The notes under the pieces are model-generated. The model did no database searches. It was not told where the DNA came from and was given only the letters and a program-made list of their open reading frames with translations. A stretch of 40,777 nucleotides of DNA. Origin: Candidatus Sabulitectum sp. GTDB lineage: Bacteria; Fermentibacterota; Fermentibacteria; Fermentibacterales; JCC-6. The position numbers were made by a program, and so were the translations under genes. The DNA is taken from contig JAOZRM010000001.1 of assembly GCA_029940175.1 (NCBI GenBank), positions 1-40,777 of the forward strand, in the 5' to 3' direction. Position 1 is the first letter of the stretch. Each line of letters starts with the position of its first letter. Of the stretch, positions 1 to 8,791 are shown piece after piece.

Positions 1-812
1 GCGGAAACAGGGTACATACCACCGCTGATGGCTTTTCCAAGAATAAGGATATCAGGTTTCACATCTTCATAATCGCAGGCAAGAAGTTTTCCTGTTCTTG
101 CTATGCCGGTCTGCACTTCATCGGCAATGAAAAGAACATTGTTCTTTTTACAAAGCTCCTGTGCGCCCTTAAGGAAACCGTCGGATGGAACATAAACACC
201 GGCCTCGCCCTGAATTGGCTCTACAAGAAAACCGGCAACAGTTGGGTCTTCCAGTGCTTTTTCAAGGGCATCCAGATCGTTGTAAGGTATTCTGATAAAC
301 CCGGGAGTGAAGGGACCGTATTCAGCATATGCATCAGGATCATTAGAGAAGGAAACAATGGTGGTAGTTCTGCCGTGGAAGTTGTTTTCACAAACGATGA
401 TCTTTGCCTGATCGGTGGCTATCTTCTTGGTAAGATAAGCCCATTTGCGACAGAGTTTGATGGCTGTTTCAACAGCTTCTGCACCTGTGTTCATAGGTAA
501 GATCTTGTCAAAGCCGAAATACTCGGTGGCATACTTCTCGAACTCGCCCAGAACATCGTTATGAAATGCGCGGCTGGTAAGAGCAAGAGTTCCTGCCTGA
601 TCGGTCATTGCTTTCACTATCTTCGGGTGGCAATGTCCCTGGTTTACTGCAGAATATGCAGAGAGAAAATCGTAGTATTTCTTTCCCTCTACATCCCAGA
701 CATGTACGCCCTCTCCTTTTGCAAGAACAACAGGAAGGGGATGGTAATTGTGAGCCCCGTACTTGTGCTCAAGTTCGATAGCTCTGGTTGAAGTCATCTT
801 TTCCGTGCTCAT
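1..812 (-). CDS. rocD: Ornithine--oxo-acid aminotransferase (class-III PLP aminotransferase), N-terminal ~270 aa; 3' end lies outside the window
   Basis: Absent from the ORF track because it has no in-window stop. My minus-strand translation from the ATG at 812..810 reads [66 protein letters not shown]...[16 protein letters not shown]...[15 protein letters not shown]. This follows the RocD/OAT pattern closely. Confidence 0.9.
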   Translation of the reverse strand, partial: MSTEKMTSTRAIELEHKYGAHNYHPLPVVLAKGEGVHVWDVEGKKYYDFLSAYSAVNQGHCHPKIVKAMTDQAGTLALTSRAFHNDVLGEFEKYATEYFGFDKILPMNTGAEAVETAIKLCRKWAYLTKKIATDQAKIIVCENNFHGRTTTIVSFSNDPDAYAEYGPFTPGFIRIPYNDLDALEKALEDPTVAGFLVEPIQGEAGVYVPSDGFLKGAQELCKKNNVLFIADEVQTGIARTGKLLACDYEDVKPDILILGKAISGGMYPVS

Positions 813-984
813 GGTTTCGTCCTTCTTTTGTCGGGTTCACCGTCAACACCAGGGAGGACCGCTAAAACTCCGGCGTAAGCCTGACGGGAAGTATCTTCCG
901 GTTTGCAGAAAATGCTTAAGCAGTCTGATGTAAAACATGATGGCTGGAATATATACTCTTAAACCTGAAGAGCCAGAGCAGGAA

Positions 985-1812
985 TCAGTTCATTTTTCTC
1001 AGATAATAAATAAAGAAATCCACTTTCCACGCATCAAGGGTTTTTCTGTCTTCCAAAAAGAGAAATGGAGAAATATCCCTTGCTGCATGTTCCCAGTCTA
1101 TACTTTTGATTTTCAGGGAAAGCTGTCTCTTCAGCCAGTCAGGCGAAATGCTGATTCTCTTCCCTGCCCATGGGCCACTTTGATTAAACGAAGATGCAAG
1201 AAGCTCGGGCTTGGGTTTAACTCCTCTGGAGCTGAACCAGAGAAAATCAAACCAGTCTCTGCCCTTTACACAGGGTCTGCAAAGAAGGGCATGACACTTG
1301 AGAGCAAAGGATGATGATAGATCCATTACTGCTATCTCGTATGGAATTGGAAAGTCGAGATAAGCTGTTTCCACTGTTGCGCCTGGAGGAGGGTCGATAT
1401 CCACTTCCAGCCTGATTCGAAGAAAGGGGGTTCTTCCCTGAGAGAAACCCTCCATTATGGATGTTTCAACCAGAAGCAGCTTTCGAATCGAGGAAACCGT
1501 TTCTTTCGGTTCACGAATCTCAGCATGCAGACCATAGTGAGCGCATGTTCGCAATAATGACCGGGAAAAATCATCCCAGGAGAACGAATCTGCATGTACT
1601 GTCAGTGCAAAATCAAGATCCTCTGAAAATCTGGGGAGAGAATGAACCAATCTCAGTTCAGTTCCGCCATGGAAAACCGCTTTCTTGAAAAAACCGTGGT
1701 TGGAAAGCGAGTACAGAGCAATTCCCTGAACAATTTCACGGAGATCATGCTTCCTTCCCTCTTCTGATTTACTGTTGTACTCCGCTAATCTTGATTCAAT
1801 GATCGGGTTCAC
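985..1812 (-). CDS. abiEii: AbiEii/DUF1814-family nucleotidyltransferase toxin (type IV TA / abortive infection)
   Basis: 275-aa ORF. FHGGTELRLVHSLPRFSEDLDFAL fits the GGTxL..R.SxDxDF NTase motif of the family. GTG start overlaps the upstream gene's TGA (GTGA, 1809-1812). Confidence 0.85.
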   Translation of the reverse strand: MNPIIESRLAEYNSKSEEGRKHDLREIVQGIALYSLSNHGFFKKAVFHGGTELRLVHSLPRFSEDLDFALTVHADSFSWDDFSRSLLRTCAHYGLHAEIREPKETVSSIRKLLLVETSIMEGFSQGRTPFLRIRLEVDIDPPPGATVETAYLDFPIPYEIAVMDLSSSFALKCHALLCRPCVKGRDWFDFLWFSSRGVKPKPELLASSFNQSGPWAGKRISISPDWLKRQLSLKIKSIDWEHAARDISPFLFLEDRKTLDAWKVDFFIYYLRKMN

Positions 1813-2462
1813 ATCTCACCTCTCAGAGCATAAAGGAGACTCGACAGAACCTGTCTGGTTTTTTCAGATCTGTAAACACAGGACAATTCCTTAAGAATCT
1901 GCTGGTTCAACCTGTACAGGTTTGATACATCTGTACGCAATTCTTCACACAGACCTACAATACCTTTCCACTTCAAGCCACGATCGTTGATGGTATCACA
2001 CAGCGCTCTCTCCCGGGAAGCAATAAGAATATGCGACCCGGAAAGAACAACACGATCCACGCCTTTAAGAAAATCGGCTTCGCTTATCGGAACCCGCTCA
2101 TAGACAAACTCTCCAAAAGTATTCAAATACTCCCGCCGGCGGCCACTTCCGATGCCACTTTGAATCAAAACTGGCTCCTCCTGAAGCCACCCGTAGTATC
2201 CAAGGGCTGTTTCCTGTGTGATATAGCTTTCAGGAACCATTCTGTTGGCAATACTCAATCTGCTGATCTCGTCTCTAGTGAGTGCCGGGCTGAGGATATA
2301 AAGACCCCGTTTGAGTTTGATCAAATCTCCGCTCTTTAGAGCTCTGTTCACAAGCCCCCACTGACGGGCTGAAGTTCCCCCCGCCAGCCGACTGATCGTT
2401 TCCGGTGTAATTAGTCTGTTTCTGTGTTTGCTCTTCAGTAGCAGATCAGTAAGAGTCTCCAC
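1809..2462 (-). CDS. abiEi: AbiEi-family antitoxin / transcriptional regulator
   Basis: 217-aa ORF. The N-terminal ITPETISRLAGGTSARQWGLVNRALKSGDLIKLKRGLYIL resembles the AbiEi wHTH (..L.rLv..G.l.r..rG.Y). GTG start with GAAGGGG 6 nt upstream. Translationally coupled to abiEii. Confidence 0.8.
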   Translation of the reverse strand: METLTDLLLKSKHRNRLITPETISRLAGGTSARQWGLVNRALKSGDLIKLKRGLYILSPALTRDEISRLSIANRMVPESYITQETALGYYGWLQEEPVLIQSGIGSGRRREYLNTFGEFVYERVPISEADFLKGVDRVVLSGSHILIASRERALCDTINDRGLKWKGIVGLCEELRTDVSNLYRLNQQILKELSCVYRSEKTRQVLSSLLYALRGEM

Positions 2463-2490
2463 TCAAAACCCCTTCATCTGATTTGGAAGT

Positions 2491-2519
2491 ATTATAACAC
2501 TTTTCGGGGTATGCTGCAA
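2491..2519 (-). promoter_or_regulatory. Candidate sigma70-type promoter of the abiE operon
   Basis: Minus strand: TTGCAG (2519..2514), 17-nt spacer, TGT-TATAAT extended -10 (2499..2491). It lies about 30 nt upstream of the abiEi GTG. Confidence 0.4.
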
Positions 2520-2590
2520 TCTGTCGCATGTTACTTTTGCAATATAGAAGTTTCATGCATCACTTTAGAAAACACACAACAGTTTGTCTC

Positions 2591-2869
2591 TTATCTCATC
2601 CAGTTGATCACGGATCTCTCTGTTTCTATCAGACCTCCTGAAATACCTCCACCTTTTTCGTATGCTTCAGGACAGACATTATTGTGAAAGCACTGATATC
2701 TGCAGCGCTGACATGGAGAAATTCTGTAATCGGCAATATGAATTATTCTGCTTTCCCGAAGGATATAGCTAGCGAAATCAAGGCAATTACCTTTTTGCGC
2801 ACTGAATACAAGCCCCTTTGTATCAGAATCATCCATGATCTGTTCTTTCATCAAACTCAGATATCGCAC
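2591..2869 (-). CDS. Hypothetical Cys-rich protein (~92 aa from the GTG; the track ORF extends to a TTG at 2923)
   Basis: Open frame directly downstream of the Phd-like gene. AGGAG (2883..2879) lies 9 nt before the GTG at 2869. Contains PCQRCRYQCFHNNVCPE (C-x2-C-x3-C-x5-C). I recognise no family. Confidence 0.35.
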   Translation of the reverse strand: MRYLSLMKEQIMDDSDTKGLVFSAQKGNCLDFASYILRESRIIHIADYRISPCQRCRYQCFHNNVCPEAYEKGGGISGGLIETERSVINWMR

Positions 2870-2891
2870 TATAGCGTTCTCCTGAGTTGCT

Positions 2892-3110
2892 TTACCTTTC
2901 CCTTCCTTCGCGGATAATATCAACTATCTCCTGGGTAGTAATATCTGCCTTGACAGTTGGGACATTCAGAGGGGATAATGCCATAACCTCCGGAGTCAGC
3001 GCAAAAACTTGACCATCCTTACGTTTAATAAACACCTTACCAGTGGTAACAGCTAATTCCAGAATAGTAGCCAGCTTTTGCCGAGCCTCTGAATATGTAT
3101 AAACCTGCAT
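2892..3110 (-). CDS. Phd/YefM-type (VapB-like) antitoxin
   Basis: 72 aa. MQVYTYSEARQKLATILELAVTTGKVFIKRKDGQVFALTPE is the typical Phd/YefM N-terminal fold signature. The ATG lies 1 nt after the PIN gene's TAG. Confidence 0.75.
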   Translation of the reverse strand: MQVYTYSEARQKLATILELAVTTGKVFIKRKDGQVFALTPEVMALSPLNVPTVKADITTQEIVDIIREGRER

Positions 3111-3111
3111 T

Positions 3112-3504
3112 CTAAACCTCCATTATTTCAACTTTGAACTTCCCTGCGACAGCCAGCAGCCTGCGATCTAAAGTCAGTAAGGGAGCCTTGTGTCTGATGG
3201 CACAATCCAGAAAATACGCATCATAAGCGTAGATGTTTGCCTGCTTTGATATTCTCAAAACATTCTTGTGATCTGTCCTGGTATACTGAAGGGGAATACT
3301 TTCAAAAATCGCATACCCCCTCTGAGCTTCCTCAAGTGTAATTCTGTTTTTCTTAAGCATGGCTGAAAAGGCATTGCCCATTTCCCAGGGAATTGAACCA
3401 GGACCGATAAGACTGTTTCCGAAAGCTAACTTAATAATTCTATCACGCTCAGGTTCGTCAACAATAATCGCAATCAAAGCTGAAGTATCAACTACAATAT
3501 TCAT
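3112..3504 (-). CDS. vapC: PIN-domain ribonuclease toxin (VapC-like)
   Basis: MNIVVDTSALIAI start with GGAGG 4 nt upstream. All four PIN acidic positions are present (VVDTS, DEPE, AYDAYF, LTLDRR). The longer track start (3558) lies inside the predicted -35 element. Confidence 0.85.
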   Translation of the reverse strand: MNIVVDTSALIAIIVDEPERDRIIKLAFGNSLIGPGSIPWEMGNAFSAMLKKNRITLEEAQRGYAIFESIPLQYTRTDHKNVLRISKQANIYAYDAYFLDCAIRHKAPLLTLDRRLLAVAGKFKVEIMEV

Positions 3505-3524
3505 CCACCCTCCAGCGTCAGACA

Positions 3525-3558
3525 ATTGTACAATAGCAACCCGGTTACAGTATGTCAA
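3525..3558 (-). promoter_or_regulatory. Candidate promoter plus palindromic operator of the PIN-Phd cassette
   Basis: Minus strand: TTGACA (3558..3553), 17-nt spacer, TATTGT (3535..3530). The perfect 10-bp palindrome ATTGTACAAT (3525..3534) overlaps the -10. Confidence 0.5.
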
Positions 3559-3598
3559 GAAGACGATTACTCTCTTACCTGTTGATATGCTGCTTAAA

Positions 3599-4126
3599 TT
3601 AGACGGATTTCTTTTTACCGGCTGATCTAATTCTTCCTGTGAAAACTAGAAGACTGATGATAAATGCGCCCATGGTGCCAGCTGTGTAACTGGCAGTATG
3701 CATCCAAAGGGCAGATATGTATGCGGCATGTCCGCTTGCGGGAACGGTAGAGGCCAGGGATCCATACAGACCCAGGGTTCCGCTGTTTGTAAGACGATAG
3801 CCAAGAATACCGGCGGTAGCGGATGCGATTCCAGAGACCAGAAAAAGCAGAAGAAGCGGTCTTACAAAAAACCTGGCGTTCCGTTTGGGCCATTTGCCAG
3901 CTCTACCCGCAATTGCAAGAAGCACCCCCATACTTAGGCCAACCCACCAGTTGGGGTGAACTCCCCAGGCTATTCCCATGAGGGTCGGTGACGTGGAGCT
4001 AATCAGTGCTCTGTGGCCGATAGTAAAGTATTCAAGACTGATACGGACGGTTATCTGATTGTGTACAATACCGTAGAGTATCGCCAGTACCATACACAGA
4101 AGAATGATCTTTGCTGTTTGTTTCAT
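3599..4126 (-). CDS. Hypothetical multi-pass membrane protein
   Basis: About 4-5 hydrophobic helices (e.g. IILLCMVLAILYGIV, WWVGLSMGVLLAIAG, LLLLFLVSGIASATAGILG). Start chosen at MKQTAK, with GAAGG upstream. It lies 7 nt after the DUF2400 stop. Confidence 0.6.
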   Translation of the reverse strand: MKQTAKIILLCMVLAILYGIVHNQITVRISLEYFTIGHRALISSTSPTLMGIAWGVHPNWWVGLSMGVLLAIAGRAGKWPKRNARFFVRPLLLLFLVSGIASATAGILGYRLTNSGTLGLYGSLASTVPASGHAAYISALWMHTASYTAGTMGAFIISLLVFTGRIRSAGKKKSV

Positions 4127-4133
4127 TATGCCT

Positions 4134-4904
4134 TCATCTGAATAATTCTTCGAATAGCTCACACTCTGTGATCTTCTGAATTCCTGACCGGGTCAGCGCA
4201 AAATCATACTTCACCGGATCATCCGAAGATACTACTCTGAAACCCTCAGTGATCTCTTCTGCTGTTTTTGCGTCGGCAGCTTTGCGGCTGGTAAAGCCAA
4301 GCTTTATTCCGATCCTGTGCATGTGTACGTCCACAGGCACCAGAAGTTCAGATACCGGTATCATGTTCCATCCACCTGGATCAACATCATCTTCCCTGAC
4401 CATCCACCTCATGAACAAATGAAGCCTTTTGCATGCACTGCCCCGTGACGGCAGTGGAAGCAGGTGTCCGGATGAACTGCCAGGTGTTTTCATACTGGAA
4501 ACCACTTCCCCTGCAAAAACATCAAGAGCTTCAATGTAGGGTCTGCTATCCACAAGCTTTGTAAGGTAATTTCCGATCAGACCATGTTCACTCTGGATGG
4601 CAGAAATAGAGGCAAGAAATGCAGCCATATCCAAGCCGGTGGTAAACCGGTGCTTGAAGTCTTTCAGGTTGTCTGCCAGCAGTGCCGAGTCACCGTTACG
4701 GAGAAATGCAGATGGTGACGGCCCCAGCAGGCCAAGAACTTTTTCCGTACTCTTGAGGATCAGATTCACACGACCGTATGCAAGACCTGACGCAACCAGA
4801 CCCGCTATCTCTCTGTCTTCGATACTGTCGTACCGGTAAAGAAATTCAAGCGGGTCCGGATGTACGAACTTACGCCTGTTGTAGCGTAAGTATATTTTTT
4901 CCAG
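4134..4904 (-). CDS. TIGR02757/DUF2400-family protein (HhH-glycosylase-like); 5' end uncertain, no canonical start codon
   Basis: The track ORF starts at GTG 4769. The frame stays open to 4934 and encodes [47 protein letters not shown], which looks like the family N-terminus. The only start-like codon there is CTG 4904..4902. Confidence 0.7.
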   Translation of the reverse strand: MEKIYLRYNRRKFVHPDPLEFLYRYDSIEDREIAGLVASGLAYGRVNLILKSTEKVLGLLGPSPSAFLRNGDSALLADNLKDFKHRFTTGLDMAAFLASISAIQSEHGLIGNYLTKLVDSRPYIEALDVFAGEVVSSMKTPGSSSGHLLPLPSRGSACKRLHLFMRWMVREDDVDPGGWNMIPVSELLVPVDVHMHRIGIKLGFTSRKAADAKTAEEITEGFRVVSSDDPVKYDFALTRSGIQKITECELFEELFR

Positions 4905-4908
4905 TAAG

Positions 4909-5628
4909 CTATTCTTCGGAGAACTGATCTTTGCCTACTCCGCAAACCGGGCAGACCCAGTTTTCAGGAATGTCTTTGAATGCTGTTCCTGCTGCTATGC
5001 CACTGTCCGGGTCTCCAACTGCAGGGTCATACACATATCCGCATACGGTGCATACATACTTTTTCATGATCTTTCCTTCCTTCTGTTCTTCTGCTGTTTT
5101 TTTTGTTTCCGCTTTGAACGAGGGTGCTGTTGGTGGAGTTTTTCCGCAGAGCACCTCTCTGTAGTAGGCATAGGTCATGGGAACTTCGTTGCCGGTAAAA
5201 GAGCAGTCTGTAAGTTCTCCTATGAAAAGAGTGTGGGTATCCACCTCAACAGAGCTTTCCACTTTCAACTCTATACAGGCAACGGTGTTCTTCTTCGGGC
5301 AGGGGCACCCGGCAGGTGTGGTAATGTAGTCTACAGTATCAAACTTATCTATTTCTCTGCCGCTCTTGAAACCGAAATGCCCAATGAACGGAAGATCAGC
5401 GCTCTGACTGAGAACACCGATGGCAAGATAACCCGAGTCTTTGATGAACTCATTGGTAAGCTCATCCCGGTTAACGGCAACTGCGATTCTGACTGGATCT
5501 GCTGTTACCTGAAAAACAGCATTGGCTATCTGGGCATTAATCCGGTTTCCGGATTTTGAACCAATGGTATACAGCCCGTAGCTCAGTGTAAAAACAGGTG
5601 TGAGATCTGTCTCTTTCATTTGCCGCAT
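4909..5628 (-). CDS. hrb: High-molecular-weight rubredoxin (flavin-reductase-like domain fused to a C-terminal rubredoxin)
   Basis: N-terminal flavin reductase-like region, then [12 protein letters not shown]...[13 protein letters not shown] (two CxxCG rubredoxin knuckles). An alternative ATG at 5619 forms an ATGA overlap with the fprA stop. Confidence 0.85.
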   Translation of the reverse strand: MRQMKETDLTPVFTLSYGLYTIGSKSGNRINAQIANAVFQVTADPVRIAVAVNRDELTNEFIKDSGYLAIGVLSQSADLPFIGHFGFKSGREIDKFDTVDYITTPAGCPCPKKNTVACIELKVESSVEVDTHTLFIGELTDCSFTGNEVPMTYAYYREVLCGKTPPTAPSFKAETKKTAEEQKEGKIMKKYVCTVCGYVYDPAVGDPDSGIAAGTAFKDIPENWVCPVCGVGKDQFSEE

Positions 5629-6824
5629 TTCTCCCTTAGCTCTTTACCAACTCTAATACCCATCTCTCTGGCTTTAAGAAGATCTTCATCGCTGGGTACA
5701 TAAACAACCCTGAGGGACTCTGACGCAAGTGGTATCTTCATGTCCTCCAGATATTTTTCCACATCTTTCACCGCTTCACCACTCCACCCGTAGGAACCGA
5801 AAACGGCTCCGATCAAGTTCCTGGGCTTAAGGCCTTTTAAATATGTAAGAACATCTGCGACTCTTGGAAACATCTGACCGTTTATGGTGGGACTGCCTAC
5901 AATAAGGGCACCAGCTTCAAGAACAGCAGTAGCCACATCACTTCTGTGACTGGACTCAAGCGGCATAACTCTGGCTGATATTCCCACTGAGCCAAGACCG
6001 TCACAGATGGCGTCGGCAAGATATCCAGTACTCTTCCACATGGTGTCATAGATAACCACAGCCTTCAAGCTGCTCTTCTGTAAAGCCCAATCCTCCCATC
6101 TCTGCAGGATCCCGCCAATGTCACTTCTCCATATCGGACCGTGATCGGGACAGAGAAGCTGAATATCCAGATCCAGATCAGCCAGCTTCTTCATTAAGCC
6201 TGTAACCATTGGAGAAAAAGGAAGAAGGATATTTGCAAAGTACTTCTCTGCCTCTTCAAGAAGAACCTGAGGCGGGATCTGGTCATCGTATCTTTCAGTA
6301 GAGGCAAGATGCATTCCAAAACCATCCTGGGAGAACATCATCTTCTCGGTATCAAGATATGTAACCATGCTGTCCGGCCAGTGAAGCATTCTGGTCTCTA
6401 CAAAAGTTATTGAAGATTCTCCAAGAGAAATTGATTCACCGTTCTTCACTGCAGTAATAACATCGTCATCAAAGTAGAAGTGCCTGCCCAGCGCCTTCTT
6501 CCCCATGGAAGAGGCAAACACCTTTTCCGGTTTCACCAGATCGATCACATCAGGCAGACTTCCAGTGTGATCCATTTCAGAGTGATTACTAATTATGTAA
6601 TCTATTTTCTCAAGGGGGATCACCGATGCAATTCTTGCCAGCATCTCGTTCTTGAATTGCTTTTTTACAGTGTCGACAAGTGTGATCTTTTCATCAATTA
6701 TCAGAAAGGCATTATAGGTACTGCCCCGACTGGTGAGGTATCCGTGAAAATCACGGACACCCCAGTCGATAGCTCCGACCCAATAGACCTTATCAGATAT
6801 TTTTTCAGCTGCACACGGGCCCAT
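5616..6824 (-). CDS. fprA: Flavodiiron protein (FprA / rubredoxin:oxygen oxidoreductase type)
   Basis: 402 aa. Metallo-beta-lactamase-like N-terminal half ([11 protein letters not shown]) followed by a flavodoxin-like C-terminal half ([12 protein letters not shown]...GSPTINGQ). Confidence 0.9.
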   Translation of the reverse strand: MGPCAAEKISDKVYWVGAIDWGVRDFHGYLTSRGSTYNAFLIIDEKITLVDTVKKQFKNEMLARIASVIPLEKIDYIISNHSEMDHTGSLPDVIDLVKPEKVFASSMGKKALGRHFYFDDDVITAVKNGESISLGESSITFVETRMLHWPDSMVTYLDTEKMMFSQDGFGMHLASTERYDDQIPPQVLLEEAEKYFANILLPFSPMVTGLMKKLADLDLDIQLLCPDHGPIWRSDIGGILQRWEDWALQKSSLKAVVIYDTMWKSTGYLADAICDGLGSVGISARVMPLESSHRSDVATAVLEAGALIVGSPTINGQMFPRVADVLTYLKGLKPRNLIGAVFGSYGWSGEAVKDVEKYLEDMKIPLASESLRVVYVPSDEDLLKAREMGIRVGKELREKCGK

Positions 6825-6838
6825 TGCGTCTCCTTTTT

Positions 6839-7348
6839 CTAGTTAGTGGCCGGTGGGGTAAATACCCTTGAGCCAAGCTCTTTATCTATCATCAGCAGCC
6901 CGCCACCAGCGCCGCCGGCCAGTTTGAACATTCTGATCACTTCGCTGACTGAGGCTTCCTCTTCCACTTGCTCAGCCACGAACCACTGGAAGAAATTGTC
7001 TGACATGAAGTCTTTTTCTTCTCTGGCCAGACTGACAAGGTCATTTATGGAAGCAGAGATGAACCTCTCGTGGTCTAGAGCACCACTGAAAGCATTCAAA
7101 GGCGATTCCCATGAAGCAGCCGGTTTCTCTATGGCCTGCAGGAAAACCCTTCCTCCTCTTTCGTTCACGTAACCCATTAATTTCTCTGCATGAGACATCT
7201 CTTCAAGAACCTGTGTTCTCATCCAGGATGCGGCTCCTGCAAGATCTTCCGCTTCGAAATACATGGACATTGCCAGATAGAGGTAAGAGGAATAGATCTC
7301 TTTGTTGATCTGGTCATTCAAGGCATTCTGCATCTTTTCGCTGAGCAT
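6839..7348 (-). CDS. ftn: Non-haem ferritin
   Basis: MLSEKMQNALNDQINKEIYSSYLYLAMSMYFE...EEMSHAEKLMGYV...ERFISASINDL...QWFVAEQVEEE fits the ferritin four-helix di-iron motif layout. The internal ATG at 7348 avoids overlap with dfx. Confidence 0.85.
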   Translation of the reverse strand: MLSEKMQNALNDQINKEIYSSYLYLAMSMYFEAEDLAGAASWMRTQVLEEMSHAEKLMGYVNERGGRVFLQAIEKPAASWESPLNAFSGALDHERFISASINDLVSLAREEKDFMSDNFFQWFVAEQVEEEASVSEVIRMFKLAGGAGGGLLMIDKELGSRVFTPPATN

Positions 7349-7352
7349 GCTA

Positions 7353-7724
7353 TTACTTCCAGAGTCCGTGAACAGAGCAATACTCTCTTGCACTCACGTT
7401 CTCGGCGTCAATTGCAAAAAGTGCCTCAGCAACATCACCGGCGTTGAGATACTTCCTGTAGACTATTCCATCTGCCACAAGTTCAATCCACTGAATGAAG
7501 TGGGCATCTGCCATTGGATGAGGTACAGAGCCTACAATAACCTTGTAACCACCCTCTACCTTTTCAATAACAGGAACATGTTTTTCTGTGGAAGAATCAG
7601 CGGTCTTCTCTTCCATCAGCTCCATATCAGCATTGCAGCAGACCAGCTGTCCAGGCCCTCCGTTAAGAACCTCTACGATGTTTCCACATCTTTCGCACTT
7701 GTATACCTGCATTCTTTCAGCCAT
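7353..7724 (-). CDS. dfx: Desulfoferrodoxin (2Fe superoxide reductase)
   Basis: 123 aa. Desulforedoxin-like N-terminus [12 protein letters not shown]...VCCNADM, and SOR centre-II ligand pattern ([24 protein letters not shown]). Confidence 0.9.
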   Translation of the reverse strand: MAERMQVYKCERCGNIVEVLNGGPGQLVCCNADMELMEEKTADSSTEKHVPVIEKVEGGYKVIVGSVPHPMADAHFIQWIELVADGIVYRKYLNAGDVAEALFAIDAENVSAREYCSVHGLWK

Positions 7725-7748
7725 CGTAATTCTCCTTCTGCTATGGTG

Positions 7749-8321
7749 TTACCAGTTCTCGCTTACCAGCATGAAATGTGCCTGAGGATGATCACAGGCA
7801 GGACACTTCGCTGGTGCTTCTGTTCCAACATGTACATATCCGCAATTCTGACAGAACCAGATAACAGGTTCTTCCTTTTTGAACACACTGTGAGCCTCTA
7901 TGTTCTTAAGAAATGCGAGGAATCTCTTCTCGTGCTGCTTTTCTGCAACTGCAATACTTCTGAATATGGCGGCTATCTTGTTGAAGCCTTCTTTTGTTGC
8001 AGTTTCAGCGAACTCGGGATACATCTCTGTATATTCATAATTCTCTCCACCTGCAGAATCCCTGAGGTTCTCGGCTGTTGTACCGATAACTCCTGCAGGG
8101 AAACCGGCTGTGATCTCCAGTTCACCACCTTCGAGAAGCTTGAAAAGTCTTTTTGCATGTTCTTTTTCCTGATTTGCGGTTTCAGTGAAAACGTTGGAGA
8201 TCTGGACAAATCCCTCTTTTTTTGCCTGGGAAGCGAAATAGGTATAACGGTTCCTTGCCTGTGACTCTCCTGCAAACGCCTTGAGAATGTTTATCTCTGT
8301 CTGTGTACCCTTGATACTCAT
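7749..8321 (-). CDS. rbr: Rubrerythrin
   Basis: MSIKGTQTEINILKAFAGESQARNRY...EKEHAKR...AVAEKQHEKRF di-iron four-helix bundle, plus a C-terminal rubredoxin-like CQNCGY...CPACDHP. The ATG at 8321 forms an ATGA overlap with the perR stop. Confidence 0.9.
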   Translation of the reverse strand: MSIKGTQTEINILKAFAGESQARNRYTYFASQAKKEGFVQISNVFTETANQEKEHAKRLFKLLEGGELEITAGFPAGVIGTTAENLRDSAGGENYEYTEMYPEFAETATKEGFNKIAAIFRSIAVAEKQHEKRFLAFLKNIEAHSVFKKEEPVIWFCQNCGYVHVGTEAPAKCPACDHPQAHFMLVSENW

Positions 8322-8743
8322 CTTTGTTCTCCTTTCGAATCTGTTTTTTCTCTGCAATTATTACACGTGCCTGTAAATGTGACACAAACACCATCAACGG
8401 TGAAACCCGATGCTTCTGAAGGAAGTATCCCGCTAAAGTCAACTGCGGGAACGTCCAGGTCCCGAACCTTTCCACAGTTTCGACACTGGACATGACAGTG
8501 ATTTTCTATGTTATCGTCGTAGTGGGCTTCAGAACCTGAGCTGGTAATGGTGATCAGATCCCCGTCATCCACAAGGATTCCAAGATTGCGATATACCGTA
8601 CTGAAGCTGATGCTCATGATTTCTTCTTTTGCCTTAAAAAAGATTTCTTGAGCAGTGGGGTGGTTGGCCAATTTTCTTGCAGCATTGAAAACCGCTGTTT
8701 TCTGCTTTGACCCTCTTCTTGGCTTTTTCATATTCACAGTCAT
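8318..8743 (-). CDS. perR: Fur-family regulator, PerR-like by context
   Basis: 141 aa. HCHVQCRNCGKV (HxHxxCxxC) and a C-terminal CNNC (structural Zn site). It is the first gene of the peroxide/superoxide operon. Confidence 0.8.
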   Translation of the reverse strand: MTVNMKKPRRGSKQKTAVFNAARKLANHPTAQEIFFKAKEEIMSISFSTVYRNLGILVDDGDLITITSSGSEAHYDDNIENHCHVQCRNCGKVRDLDVPAVDFSGILPSEASGFTVDGVCVTFTGTCNNCREKTDSKGEQR

Positions 8744-8776
8744 ATCATACTCAACCCTCTCTACTCGTAATCGGAA

Positions 8777-8791
8777 CTATTCTGATTATAA
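8777..8791 (-). promoter_or_regulatory. Candidate Per/Fur-type 7-1-7 box overlapping the perR -10
   Basis: Minus strand TTATAATCAGAATAG compared with the Bacillus-type PerR box TTATAATNATTATAA. The left half matches 7/7 and the right half 4/7. Confidence 0.3.

Noticed and set aside
2684-2917. 77-aa plus-strand ORF
   Set aside because: It is antisense to the Cys-rich ORF and the Phd 3' end, with no RBS. It points against the surrounding operon.
3505-3558. Longer PIN start (MTYCNRVAIVQLSDAGGW...)
   Set aside because: The extension overlaps the TTGACA -35 hexamer and the palindromic operator. PIN domains normally begin M-x(3,4)-D-T/S, and GGAGG precedes the internal ATG at 3504.
6839-7393. Longer ferritin start overlapping the dfx 3' end
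   Set aside because: Ferritin homology begins at MLSEKMQNALN, and the internal ATG at 7348 lies 4 nt after the dfx stop.
7302-8264. 320-aa ORF on the plus strand, the longest unexplained ORF in the track
   Set aside because: It lies entirely antisense to the well-supported dfx and rbr genes. It has a TTG start, no RBS, and a low-complexity Leu/Phe/Ser/Cys-rich product. This is a typical shadow ORF.
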